From Pseudomonadota bacterium (GTDB lineage: Bacteria; Desulfobacterota; Desulfobacteria; Desulfobacterales; RPRI01): a stretch of DNA of 64,000 nt. Location: contig JBDRRF010000067.1 in assembly GCA_043825875.1 (NCBI GenBank), positions 42,852-106,851 on the forward strand, read 5' to 3'. Below are positions 10,053 to 20,214 of the stretch, one piece after another. Both the position numbers and the translations under genes were made by a program. A model generated the notes under the pieces. It ran no database searches, was not told the origin of the DNA, and was given only the letters and a program-made list of their open reading frames with translations. Every line of letters begins with the position of its first letter. The first letter of the stretch is position 1.

Positions 10053-11773
10053 TGAAAATTCTTGTAGCCAAGACAGCGGGTTTTTGTATGGGTGTACGAA
10101 GAGCCGTAGAAATGGCTCTTGATATGCCCAATAAGTACAAATGCCCGATATTTACTTTCGGGCCGCTTATCCACAACCCACAGGTGCTTGATCTTTTACG
10201 CGAAAAAGGTATTACAGTTATCAAGGATATTCCTGAAAACGGGTCAGGCACTGTGCTGATAAGGGCTCATGGGGTACCGCCAGGCACAAAAAAAAGTCTT
10301 AAAGATTCCGGTTTTAAGGTAATTGATGCTACTTGTCCCCGTGTTATTAAAGTACAAACTATAATCGGCAAACATGCAAAAGACGGGTATACCTCCATAA
10401 TCATCGGGGATAAAAATCATCCGGAAGTAATTGGTCTGCTCGGGTATGCCAGAGGTCATGGATATGCTGTAGCAAGCATTGAAGAGCTTGAGGCTCTTCC
10501 CGAATTTGAGAAGGCGATAGTTGTCGCCCAGACTACACAAAACGTCCATTTTTATGAAAAAGTAAAGCAATTAGTTGCAAGTAATTACCCTCATTTTAAG
10601 CTTTATGATACTATATGCAATTCAACATCTATGAGGCAAGCTGAAGTAAAAGAACTTGCAGAGCAAGTTGATGCAATAGTTGTAGTGGGGGGACATAACA
10701 GCGGAAATACACAAAGGCTCACAGAAGCAGTTATACAGGCCGGAAAGCCGGCTTATCAGATTGAAACAGAATCCGAGCTTGACCTGGCATCTCTTTCTTC
10801 TGCCAAAAATATCGGAATAACAGCAGGGGCTTCTACACCAAACTGGTTGATTAAAAGAGTTTACAGGTCTTTAGAAGATCTTTCATATAACAAGGCGCGT
10901 GGCTGGCGCAAGCAACTTTACAACATACAATATTCTTTGTTCATAGGAAATATCTATGTATCTATAGGAGCCGGATGTCTTTGTTATGCAAACATCAAAC
11001 TGCTGGGCGCTTCAAATTATTTTCCATATGTGGTTATGTCAATGCTTTATATTTTTTCAATGCATGTAATAAACAATCTTATAGGCATGAACGCCGATTA
11101 TTACAATGATCCGGACAGAGCGGTTTTTTACAACAAGTATAAAGTACCACTTGCTTTTCTCGCTCTTTCGGCGGGAGGCGCGGGCATTTTAACTGCATAT
11201 TCTGTAGGTCTTACTCCTTTTATTGTTCTTTCATCTATCAGCATAATGGGTCTTTCCTACAATTTGAGAATTATCCCGGAAAAAATAACAAATGGAAAAT
11301 ACAGAAGTATAAGAGATATCCCAGGCTCTAAAACAGTTCTGATTTCTGCTGCATGGGGTGTTGTAACTTCACTTCTGCCAGCCTTGTGTTTAAAAGCCAG
11401 CCCAGCAATTATTATAGTTTTTACATGGTCTGTGTGCATGGCTTTTGTGAGAACCTCCTTTTTTGATATTCTTGATATGCAGGGCGACCGCATTGTAGGC
11501 AGGGAAACAATTCCAATAATCATAGGAGAAGAGCGTACTATACGCCTTTTAAAGGCTATTCTTGTTTCGATGGTTGCGCTTTTGCTTGTATCAGGTGCAT
11601 TTAATATTATCACAAATCTTGGGTTTATTCTTTTTATATGTCCTTTATCTTTGTTTTTTATTCTATTAAAACATATTGAGGGCTATATGCTTTCAGGAAC
11701 AAAGCTTGAATTTCTTGTAGAATCTCATTTTATAATTGCAGGCATAATAGCTTTGTTATGGCCGTTTGCCTGA
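10052..11773 (+). CDS. ispH: 4-hydroxy-3-methylbut-2-enyl diphosphate reductase fused to a UbiA-like prenyltransferase domain
   Basis: AGFCMGV, IHNPQV, RAHG, DATCP, HPEV, QTT, TICNST, SGNT, AGASTP; the C-terminal ~290 aa is multi-TM with D..N.PDR and DILDMQGD motifs. Confidence 0.92.
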   Translation: MKILVAKTAGFCMGVRRAVEMALDMPNKYKCPIFTFGPLIHNPQVLDLLREKGITVIKDIPENGSGTVLIRAHGVPPGTKKSLKDSGFKVIDATCPRVIKVQTIIGKHAKDGYTSIIIGDKNHPEVIGLLGYARGHGYAVASIEELEALPEFEKAIVVAQTTQNVHFYEKVKQLVASNYPHFKLYDTICNSTSMRQAEVKELAEQVDAIVVVGGHNSGNTQRLTEAVIQAGKPAYQIETESELDLASLSSAKNIGITAGASTPNWLIKRVYRSLEDLSYNKARGWRKQLYNIQYSLFIGNIYVSIGAGCLCYANIKLLGASNYFPYVVMSMLYIFSMHVINNLIGMNADYYNDPDRAVFYNKYKVPLAFLALSAGGAGILTAYSVGLTPFIVLSSISIMGLSYNLRIIPEKITNGKYRSIRDIPGSKTVLISAAWGVVTSLLPALCLKASPAIIIVFTWSVCMAFVRTSFFDILDMQGDRIVGRETIPIIIGEERTIRLLKAILVSMVALLLVSGAFNIITNLGFILFICPLSLFFILLKHIEGYMLSGTKLEFLVESHFIIAGIIALLWPFA

Positions 11774-11786
11774 AAAATATTCTCTT

Positions 11787-13685
11787 CTATTCCAAAGCCA
11801 CGGCAATGGCATCCAGCTTTTCCCAGCGCTTATAAGCAGCTAAGATTTCCGTCTCAATGACTTTCAGGCGTGCGGTGATGGCAGCAATTTTATCTTTATC
11901 TTTTTTATAAAAATCCGGGTCTGACATATCGGCGAATAGCTGTTTTTGTTCAGTTTCCAATTCGTCGATTACACGTGGCAGGCTTTCTAAGTCCCGTTGC
12001 TCCTTAAATCCCAGTTTGCGGGGTTTTCCCGGTTTATTTTTTAAAACACGAGGCTTGGATGTTTTATTTTCCTGTTTGGGTAAAGGCTCTATAACCTGGC
12101 GTTGGGCCAGCCAGTCATCATAGCCACCGGGGTATTCACGCACTGTGCCGTTTCCCTCAAAGGCAAGAGTGCTTGTTACCACGTTATTTAAAAAGCTACG
12201 GTCATGGCTTACAAGCAAAAGGGTTCCCGTATAGTCTAACAGCAGATCTTCTAAAAGCTCCAGTGTTTCTGCATCCAGATCGTTTGTCGGCTCATCCATA
12301 ACAAGCAAATTGGCCGGTTTGGCAAACATCTTTGCAAGCAGCAGGCGATTTTTTTCACCACCGGAGAGAATGTGTACCGGTGTACGAGTGCGTTCGGGAG
12401 GAAATAAAAAATCCTGAAGATAGGAAATCACATGGCGTTTTTGTCCATTAAATTCTATGAAATCATTTCCTTCGCCAATATTTTGAACTACGGTTTTGTT
12501 TTCATCAAGCAAAAGTCGCAACTGATCAAAATAGGCTACCTGAAGCTTGGTGCCGTGACGTATACTGCCACTATCCGGAGCAATTTCTTCAAGCAGTATT
12601 TTAAGCAGGGTGGTTTTACCCGAGCCATTGGGACCAATAAGCCCTATTTTATCCCCTCTCATAATCACAGTGCTAAAACCCTTGATATATGGCACATTGG
12701 CATAAGAATATAAAATATCTTTGGCTTCGATGACCAGCTTGCCACTTCGTTCGGCATCCTGGGTCTTCATGTTCGCACGGCCTATTTGTGCCCGCCGCGC
12801 CTGAAAAGCCTCCCGTAATTTTTTTAAAGCACGAACGCGTCCTTCATTTCTTGTACGGCGGGCTTTGATTCCCTGGCGAATCCAGACCTCTTCTGCTGAA
12901 AGCTTTTTATCGAATCGCTTGTTTTGGTTTGCCTCACTTATTGCATCTTCTTCCCTGCGTTTTAAATAATTTGTATAATTACAGGCATAGGAAATTAAAC
13001 GGCCTCTATCTAGTTCCAGAATCCGGTTTGCGATTCTTTTTACAAATGCCCGGTCATGGGATACAAAAAGCAAGGTTTGAATATTTTTTGCAATGTAGTC
13101 CTCCATCCAGACAATGGTATCTATATCCAGATGGTTGGTGGGTTCGTCCAAAAGAAGTATATCGGGCTGTCGGATCATGGCACGGCAAAGCAAGGTGCGG
13201 CGCTTCATACCTGCGGACAGGGTGGCAAAATCCAGGCCTTGATTAAGTCCTGCACGCGCCAGCAAATCTTCGATTTGTGGTGCCAACACCCATCCATTGG
13301 CAGCATCCATCTGATGCTGTAAAGTTTCATACAGGGAAATGTGCTCAGGGTTATCTGCCACAAGGTTGTTGGATAAGCGGCGGTACTGGATAAGAGTTTC
13401 GCCTTTATGTCCCAAACCAAGAGCTACCATATCGAAAACAGTGCCTCCGGATTGGCTGGGTACTTCCTGCTCTAAAATAGCTGTGGTTGTACCCTGCTGG
13501 AATCTGATTTCTCCGCTGTCTTGCAACAGGCTGCCGTTTATAAGGTTGATCAGGCTCGATTTGCCTACACCGTTTCGCCCTAGCAGGCAGATCCGCTCGC
13601 CCTTTTCAATTTGAAGGCTTACTTTATCGATTAAAGGCGTACCTCCCAGGCCCCAACTCACATCCTGCATGCTGATTAATGACAT
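11787..13685 (-). CDS. uup: ABC-F family ATPase (Uup)
   Basis: Two ABC domains (GRNGVGKS, GPNGSGKT, DEPTN x2), GIKARRTRNEGRVRAL linker, C-terminal coiled coil. Confidence 0.9.
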   Translation of the reverse strand: MSLISMQDVSWGLGGTPLIDKVSLQIEKGERICLLGRNGVGKSSLINLINGSLLQDSGEIRFQQGTTTAILEQEVPSQSGGTVFDMVALGLGHKGETLIQYRRLSNNLVADNPEHISLYETLQHQMDAANGWVLAPQIEDLLARAGLNQGLDFATLSAGMKRRTLLCRAMIRQPDILLLDEPTNHLDIDTIVWMEDYIAKNIQTLLFVSHDRAFVKRIANRILELDRGRLISYACNYTNYLKRREEDAISEANQNKRFDKKLSAEEVWIRQGIKARRTRNEGRVRALKKLREAFQARRAQIGRANMKTQDAERSGKLVIEAKDILYSYANVPYIKGFSTVIMRGDKIGLIGPNGSGKTTLLKILLEEIAPDSGSIRHGTKLQVAYFDQLRLLLDENKTVVQNIGEGNDFIEFNGQKRHVISYLQDFLFPPERTRTPVHILSGGEKNRLLLAKMFAKPANLLVMDEPTNDLDAETLELLEDLLLDYTGTLLLVSHDRSFLNNVVTSTLAFEGNGTVREYPGGYDDWLAQRQVIEPLPKQENKTSKPRVLKNKPGKPRKLGFKEQRDLESLPRVIDELETEQKQLFADMSDPDFYKKDKDKIAAITARLKVIETEILAAYKRWEKLDAIAVALE

Positions 13686-13800
13686 AAAGTATTATCCTTG
13701 AAACCTAAAGTTGTAAAAATACGTGCATCTTTTGAATTCGTCTGGCTTTTATAATGCAAACCATACATATTTATAAGTTTATCATTAGTATAACGCATTA

Positions 13801-14034
13801 TTAATCACTTTTTGTTATTATATCATTATTTGTTTTTGTCATCTTTTCAAAGATTTTTGTCAGATCAAAGCCAAAATACCGCAAACACATCAAAAGCAGC
13901 AAAGCTGCACCTCCTTCATCTAAATTACCTACAAATGGAATATTGTCGGGAATAATTTCAATTATTCCGACGCCGATATTAAGAAGATAAAGAAGCGATA
14001 TAAGACCTAAACATGCTACAATAATCTTTTTCAT
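13801..14034 (-). CDS. DUF1232/YkvA-family small membrane protein
   Basis: IPDNIPFVGNLDE motif. Confidence 0.75.
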   Translation of the reverse strand: MKKIIVACLGLISLLYLLNIGVGIIEIIPDNIPFVGNLDEGGAALLLLMCLRYFGFDLTKIFEKMTKTNNDIITKSD

Positions 14035-14193
14035 CGGGGCTCACCTTTATTTGTATTTAAATTCAAGGCCTTAACCTGCCATTTCTTTGTGATTTTCCGC
14101 AAGCATACAACCGAGTGGCCGTATGATACCTTATGTTATAAGGAAAAAGCAAATATTGCTTCTCCTTATCACTTTTGATATACTGGTTTACAA

Positions 14194-14670
14194 ATGAATA
14201 CATGTAAAAATATATTCTTTGTTTATATTTTGCTTTTATTTATATCAGGCTGTGCCGCAAAATATGGGATAGAAACAGATTCTACAGCCAGGTATAATGA
14301 AACTGTTGAAAAGCAATTACGCAAAGAAGTAGAGCTGTGGCTTGATACTCCTCATCGTATGGGTGGAACAGGACCTGACGGTATTGACTGCTCAGGCTTA
14401 GTAATGGTTGTCTATAAAAAATTATTTAAAATACAATTGCCGCGTGATACCGACAAGCAGGTTTTAGCTGGCATACCTGTTAAAAAAAGTAAGCTTAAAG
14501 CAGGTGATCTGGTTTTTTTTGATCCTCCTCGGTATAAAAGACATGTAGGAATTTATATCGGAAAAGGAGAATTCGCTCACACTTCAAGCAGTAAAGGGGT
14601 AATTGTTTCCAAACTTTCCAATCCTTACTGGAAAAAACATTATATGAAATCACGCCGGATACTCCAATGA
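14194..14670 (+). CDS. NlpC/P60 (C40) peptidoglycan hydrolase lipoprotein
   Basis: Lipobox ISGC, GIDCSGLV, GDLVFF, HVGIY, HTSSSKGV. Confidence 0.9.
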   Translation: MNTCKNIFFVYILLLFISGCAAKYGIETDSTARYNETVEKQLRKEVELWLDTPHRMGGTGPDGIDCSGLVMVVYKKLFKIQLPRDTDKQVLAGIPVKKSKLKAGDLVFFDPPRYKRHVGIYIGKGEFAHTSSSKGVIVSKLSNPYWKKHYMKSRRILQ

Positions 14671-15095
14671 TTCAAATTACAGATCAAATATCAATTTCAG
14701 AAGGTGAAATAAAAGAAGATTTCATTCAGGCTTCGGGACCGGGTGGTCAAAATGTTAACAAGGTTGCATCTGCCGTTCAGCTCCGTTTTGATGTAAAAAA
14801 CTCTACTTCACTGCCAGATGATGTGCGCAACAGGCTCATTCAGATTTCAGGGAAAAAAGTTTCATCGGAAGGCATACTTATAATAAATGCCAAACGATTC
14901 CGCGACCAGATAAAAAACCGCAAAGATGCAACAGACCGCCTTGTTAAATTAATACAAAAAGCAGCCGAGATACAAAAGAAGCGTATCAGGACAAACCCAT
15001 CCATTGCTTCAAGAAAAAAACGGCTCGAAGCAAAACACCGCAGAAGCACAATAAAAAAAATCAGAACAAATGTCCCTTCGGCAGAAGAATACTAG
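14667..15095 (+). CDS. arfB: Alternative ribosome rescue peptidyl-tRNA hydrolase ArfB
   Basis: ASGPGGQNVNKV GGQ motif and basic C-terminal tail. Confidence 0.92.
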   Translation: MIQITDQISISEGEIKEDFIQASGPGGQNVNKVASAVQLRFDVKNSTSLPDDVRNRLIQISGKKVSSEGILIINAKRFRDQIKNRKDATDRLVKLIQKAAEIQKKRIRTNPSIASRKKRLEAKHRRSTIKKIRTNVPSAEEY

Positions 15096-15382
15096 AACTT
15101 AAAATCCACAACAATAGTACTATCACTCATCTCTTTAATCAATCCAGCCACTTCCTGATGCAACGGGTGCACCGTGTATTTACCCAATGAATCCAAGTCC
15201 ACAAAAACAGATACTATAGCAAAATCGTAAGATCTTTCGGAATGCAGAACATCACATCCGAATTTATAATATGTGATCTCAGAAATTTTATCAGGTAAAG
15301 CTCCCAGCTTTTTTTCAAGTTTATCTATCTCGCTTTTATCTACTTCTTTTTTAAACTTTATAACAACAACATGTTTTATCAT
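15092..15382 (-). CDS. Dabb family (stress-responsive A/B barrel) protein
   Basis: MIKHVV.IKFK...Y..HP.H...VDF pattern. Confidence 0.8.
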   Translation of the reverse strand: MIKHVVVIKFKKEVDKSEIDKLEKKLGALPDKISEITYYKFGCDVLHSERSYDFAIVSVFVDLDSLGKYTVHPLHQEVAGLIKEMSDSTIVVDFKF

Positions 15383-15398
15383 TTTACTTTCCTTCCGG

Positions 15399-16559
15399 CT
15401 ATTTCAGAAATACCCTTTTTACGCGATCTGAAACCGATGTAACAATCTCATAGTTAATAGTGTTTAGTATGGATGCTATTTCATCAACTGTAATAGAATT
15501 GCCCTGTTGTTTCCCAAAAATCACAACTCCGTCTCCCTGCTTTACTTCCGGTATATCGCCAACATCAAGCATAGTCAGATCCATGCACACACGTCCGGCT
15601 ATTGGGGCTTTCTGTCCGCAAACAAGCATAGAAGCCCGCGAAGAAAGAAGCCTGTTGTATCCGTCGGCATATCCGACCGGAATTGTGGCAATGGTTGTTT
15701 GTCTGGCTGCTTCATAGGTTGCGCCATAGCTGACTTTGAATCCGGCAGCAACATCTTTTAATTGTGTAATTACTGCTTTAAGAGACATGGCAGGCCGTAA
15801 TGATATTTTATCTTTATTTACTTCTTCAGATGGATAAAGTCCGTAAATTGATATGCCTGCACGAACCATATCAAGATGGGTTTGAGGCATATCAATAATT
15901 GCCGCACTGTTTGCCGCATGCTTAAGCTTAAATTCAATGTTTTTTGACTTAAGCTGATCTGTAAATTCAGTAAATATTTCAAACTGCTTTAGTGCAAATG
16001 ATTTGTCAAAACTATCTGCCATTGAAAAATGGGTATATATTCCTTCTGCTTCAATGCCGGAAAGTTGTACAATTGATTCAACTTCAGCCAATGCGCTTTG
16101 AGGTTTAATTCCGTTTTTATCATAGCTTCTGAAACAATCGGGTAATATTCCGATTCTTCCCATACCAGTATCTATCTTAAGATGTACCTTGATTTTATTG
16201 TTTTTTGATAATGCAAATAAAGAAAGAGATTTAGCAAAAGAATATGAGCAGACAGTTTGAATAAGATTGTACTTTATAATATCTCCATATTGAGCCGGTT
16301 GCGTAAATCCGAAAATTAAAATCGGAGCATCAATTTTCTTTTCTCTTAATAATATTGCCTCTTCTATCCGGGCAACACCTAAATAATCGGCTCCACTATC
16401 AAGAGCACAGCGCGCAACCTCGAAAGACCCATGACCATATGCATTTGCTTTTACAACAGCCATAAGAAGTGAACCAGGATTTGCAATCCGTCTTAATTCA
16501 CATATATTATGAGCAATCGCTTTAAGATCAATCTCAGCCCAAAGAATATTTTCAGCCAA
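15399..16559 (-). CDS. alr: Alanine racemase
   Basis: AVVKANAYGHG PLP lysine, HLKIDTGMGRIG, GYADG, GRVCMD; TTG start. Confidence 0.95.
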   Translation of the reverse strand: MAENILWAEIDLKAIAHNICELRRIANPGSLLMAVVKANAYGHGSFEVARCALDSGADYLGVARIEEAILLREKKIDAPILIFGFTQPAQYGDIIKYNLIQTVCSYSFAKSLSLFALSKNNKIKVHLKIDTGMGRIGILPDCFRSYDKNGIKPQSALAEVESIVQLSGIEAEGIYTHFSMADSFDKSFALKQFEIFTEFTDQLKSKNIEFKLKHAANSAAIIDMPQTHLDMVRAGISIYGLYPSEEVNKDKISLRPAMSLKAVITQLKDVAAGFKVSYGATYEAARQTTIATIPVGYADGYNRLLSSRASMLVCGQKAPIAGRVCMDLTMLDVGDIPEVKQGDGVVIFGKQQGNSITVDEIASILNTINYEIVTSVSDRVKRVFLK

Positions 16560-16569
16560 TACACACTCC

Positions 16570-17670
16570 CTATAGTTTTGAGTACTCCAGGCCGAATGCG
16601 TCGGCCACTCCCTTGCATGTTATTTTTCCACACACTATGTTAGCACCGGATCTGATCTCGGTATTTTCTTTAAATGCTTTTTTCCATCCCTTATTTGCAA
16701 TCTTGATAGCATATGGCAAAGTAGCATTTGTTAACGCAAGCGTAGATGTTTTGGGGACGACTCCCGGCATATTGGCCACACAATAATGGACAACACCATC
16801 AACTATATATGTAGGATTTTTATGCGTTGTGGGTTTGGAAGTCTCAAAACATCCTCCCTGATCGATAGCCACATCTACCATAACAGAACCCTTTTTCATG
16901 CTTTTTAACATTTCTTTTGTAACCAGCATAGGCGCTTTAGATCCGGGTATGAGTACAGCTCCTATGACTACATCAGCCACTTTAACAAGCTTTCTGATAA
17001 CAGCCGGAGTAGACATAATAAGAAAACAATTTTTTGGCATAACATCGCTAAGATAACGCAGACGATCCAGATCTTTATCGAGAAGATATACCTTTGCACC
17101 TATACCGCAGGCCATTTTCGCTGCATTGGTTCCAACTTCACCTGCTCCGATTATAAGAACTGTTCCCGGATCTACACCGGGCACACCACCTAGAAGAACC
17201 CCCTGGCCGCCATTTCCCATCTCCAGATATTTGGCACCTTGCTGAATCGCCATTCTCCCGGCTACTTCACTCATCGGGGTAAGCAAAGGAAGTGATCCAT
17301 CAGATTTCTGTATGGTCTCGTACGCAATATTTACAGATTCTTTACTGATAAGTACTTTCGTCAATTCTTCAAAAGCAGCAAGATGAAGATAAGTAAAAAT
17401 AATCTGATTTTTCTTTATCAGATCATATTCTAAAGGCATGGGTTCTTTCACATGCATTATCATTGTCGCCCGATCAAAAATCTCAGCAGAAGTTGTTATA
17501 ATACTTGCACCCGCTTTCTCATACGCCGAATCTTTAAAACCGCTTTCAACACCGGCACCTTTTTCGATCAAAATATCATGCCCGTTTTGCGTCATCAATT
17601 CGACTCCGGCGGGAGTCATTGCCACCCTATGTTCTTCTTCTTTTATTTCCTTAGGAATTCCGACAATCAT
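16570..17670 (-). CDS. ald: Alanine dehydrogenase
   Basis: MIVGIPKEIK..E.RVA, PMSEVAGR, DVAIDQGGCFETS, VANMPG. Start at ATG 17670. Confidence 0.95.
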   Translation of the reverse strand: MIVGIPKEIKEEEHRVAMTPAGVELMTQNGHDILIEKGAGVESGFKDSAYEKAGASIITTSAEIFDRATMIMHVKEPMPLEYDLIKKNQIIFTYLHLAAFEELTKVLISKESVNIAYETIQKSDGSLPLLTPMSEVAGRMAIQQGAKYLEMGNGGQGVLLGGVPGVDPGTVLIIGAGEVGTNAAKMACGIGAKVYLLDKDLDRLRYLSDVMPKNCFLIMSTPAVIRKLVKVADVVIGAVLIPGSKAPMLVTKEMLKSMKKGSVMVDVAIDQGGCFETSKPTTHKNPTYIVDGVVHYCVANMPGVVPKTSTLALTNATLPYAIKIANKGWKKAFKENTEIRSGANIVCGKITCKGVADAFGLEYSKL

Positions 17671-17735
17671 CTTTAAGCCTTTCTCATATCGCAAATGGAT
17701 AGATAATTTCTTAAAAGCAAAGTCTGTAAAAAAGC

Positions 17736-18677
17736 CTACCGGTCATTATTCATTACTTTTTCTATTCTCCGCCTGCGTCTTTCCATATATTCAGGGTATA
17801 AATCGGCATAAAACTTTTTCCACCTTTTATGCAACCAAAGCCATTGATCCGGATATTCTTTTATTATCTTCTCAACAACATCATTCATTAACTGTGTGTT
17901 TGTTACCAAATCATCACGCAAGCTTTTTGTTCTTGTTATTTGGATCGGGGGTTCAAAAATTATTCCCAGTTTATTGTCTTTATCTCTGATACAAAAAGCT
18001 GGAATCACGGGACTTTTACACCTTAAAGCGACAACTGCCGCAGCTGGAGTTGCTGTTACTTTTTTACCGAAGAAATTAACTTCAACTCCCTCAGAAGCTG
18101 TGGTGCTCTGGTCTATAAGAATCGCCAGAATATTACCACTGCGCACGGTCCGGTTCATTTCAGGCAAAGCCCCTTCCTTATCTATTATTGAATTTCCAAA
18201 CCGGGTTCTCATTTTTAATGCCAATTTATTGATAATCGCAGAATCTATCTTTCTTGCAACAGAGGTCACAGAATGGCCAAAATAACAGGGGATATACAAA
18301 GAGGCTGACTCCCAGTTACCTATGTGAGCAGAAACTACTACAACTCCATTCCCACCATTAATCGCATTACGAAAATGCTCCTCACCTTTTATTATATGAA
18401 TATTTGCAAGAATATGTCTTTTTTTAAAAAAAGACATATGTATGATTTCAATAATAGTAATCCCAAAATTTTGAAAAACTCTTTTAGAAACTTTTCTTAT
18501 TTTTTCATTATCCCATTCAGGATATATAAACTTTAAATTACTCTTTGTTGTCCGCCTGTGAGATATATCCGTATAATATAAAACAGCTCCGAGTATTTTA
18601 CCTAAAGTACATACTATGCCTTTCGCTATTTTTCCGGTAAAAGGCATTTTTTTATCTTTTATCATATCTTCTTTCAT
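17736..18677 (-). CDS. Lipid A lauroyl/myristoyl acyltransferase (LpxL/HtrB family)
   Basis: SAHIGNWE, LIDQ, FFG, P.QWLWLHKRWK. Confidence 0.88.
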   Translation of the reverse strand: MKEDMIKDKKMPFTGKIAKGIVCTLGKILGAVLYYTDISHRRTTKSNLKFIYPEWDNEKIRKVSKRVFQNFGITIIEIIHMSFFKKRHILANIHIIKGEEHFRNAINGGNGVVVVSAHIGNWESASLYIPCYFGHSVTSVARKIDSAIINKLALKMRTRFGNSIIDKEGALPEMNRTVRSGNILAILIDQSTTASEGVEVNFFGKKVTATPAAAVVALRCKSPVIPAFCIRDKDNKLGIIFEPPIQITRTKSLRDDLVTNTQLMNDVVEKIIKEYPDQWLWLHKRWKKFYADLYPEYMERRRRRIEKVMNNDR

Positions 18678-18697
18678 TAAATATTTTCAATAATACG

Positions 18698-18838
18698 GAG
18701 CCACTTTAAACAATTCAGTTTGGTCAAGCTCAAGGCGGGAGAAAATTTCAACCACAGGAATACACCGAGTATTTCGAGGATTGAAATTTGAGCCCAACGC
18801 TTAAGATCGGCCAAAATGGGGCGTTTTGAAACTGGCTC
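18698..18838. mobile_element. MITE-like non-autonomous element, copy 1
   Basis: 141 bp with imperfect terminal inverted repeats GAGCCAcTTTaAA / TTgAAAcTGGCTC, flanked by a 4-bp direct repeat TACG (18694-18697, 18839-18842); diverged inverted copy at 39039-39202. Confidence 0.7.
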
Positions 18839-19068
18839 TACGGTATAGCTTAAATATCAGGTTTATAAAATCAAATTTATATGGATATTTCCAAAAGTTA
18901 TAAATTATGATACACATCACTGATGTATATATTATAGTATTGATATACAATCACGCACTTATTAATAATTTAAACAGAAAAACAGGCTGTTATCAACAAT
19001 TATAGCTTAAATAAAAACTATACCGTAATTTATCAAGGATTTTTTTTAAGGACAACCAATTATAACGC

Positions 19069-20214
19069 ATGAAATTAGCTTTTTGTTTATTTAATTATTT
19101 TCCTTTCGGAGGTCTTGAACAAGACTTTCTTAAAATCAGCACAGAATGCCTTGATAGAGGGCATAGTATTGATATTTATACAATGAATTGGGAGGGAGAA
19201 AAACCGGACGGAACAACGGTTATTTCTGTCCCGTACCGGGGGAAAAGCAACCACAGCCAGGTTGCCTCATATGCAGCTAATCTATTAAAACTAATTAAGC
19301 AAAAACATTATAATCTTGTAATAGGATTTAACAGGATTCCCGGACTTGATATCTATTATGCTGCAGATGTTTGTTTTGCCGCACGAATAAAAAAACAACG
19401 CTCATTTTTATCCAGATACACACCCCGCTACCGCCTGTTTTCTGAGTTTGAAAAGGCTGTTTTTTCCAGGGACTCAAAAACCGAAATTATCATTCTTTCC
19501 GAAAAGGAAAAACTGATTTATCAATCCATATACAATACCGGGGAAAGTAGAATCCATATTGCACCTCCGGGTGTTGATAAAGATTATATTCGCTCATCTC
19601 TTGGCATTGAAACCCGAAATAATATCCGCAATAAGCTCGGACTTAATAAAAAAGATATATTTCTTTTAATGATAGGATCACATTTTCATACCAAGGGAGT
19701 AGACCGGTCAATCAAAGCTTTGGCCTCCCTGCCTTCTTTAATGCGGGAATCAACTTATCTTTTTATTATAGGCAAGGGTAAAGAAAAGCCATACATCAAA
19801 CTGGCGAAAAAACTGGGTGTTGAAAATAATGTTCGTTTTTTAGGTTCAAGAAGTGATATCCCTTTATTTCTGGAAGGAGCTGATTTTGTGCTACAGCCTT
19901 CACGCATTGAAAATACCGGCAATGTAATAGTTGAAGCCATTACCGCAGGAGTTCCGGTCATGGCAACGGATACTTGCGGTTATGCAATACATATTGAACG
20001 TGCAGATGCAGGCATAATACTGCCGTCTTCCCCGTTTAGCCAAAAAACAATGAACAATATGCTAAAAGAAATGCTGACATCAGATAAAAAAGAAGCCTGG
20101 AAACACAATGCTTTGGCATATGCCGAAAAAACCGATCTTTATAATCGAGTCCGGATTGTAGCTGACCTGATTGAAGATATTGCAAAGAAAAAAATAGCGG
20201 CAAACAGTAAATGA
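19069..20214 (+). CDS. Glycosyltransferase family 4 (WaaG/RfaG-like LPS core glucosyltransferase)
   Basis: YFPFGGL..DF, GFNR.PGLD.YYAAD, KGVDR, ENTG.V..EA. Confidence 0.88.
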   Translation: MKLAFCLFNYFPFGGLEQDFLKISTECLDRGHSIDIYTMNWEGEKPDGTTVISVPYRGKSNHSQVASYAANLLKLIKQKHYNLVIGFNRIPGLDIYYAADVCFAARIKKQRSFLSRYTPRYRLFSEFEKAVFSRDSKTEIIILSEKEKLIYQSIYNTGESRIHIAPPGVDKDYIRSSLGIETRNNIRNKLGLNKKDIFLLMIGSHFHTKGVDRSIKALASLPSLMRESTYLFIIGKGKEKPYIKLAKKLGVENNVRFLGSRSDIPLFLEGADFVLQPSRIENTGNVIVEAITAGVPVMATDTCGYAIHIERADAGIILPSSPFSQKTMNNMLKEMLTSDKKEAWKHNALAYAEKTDLYNRVRIVADLIEDIAKKKIAANSK

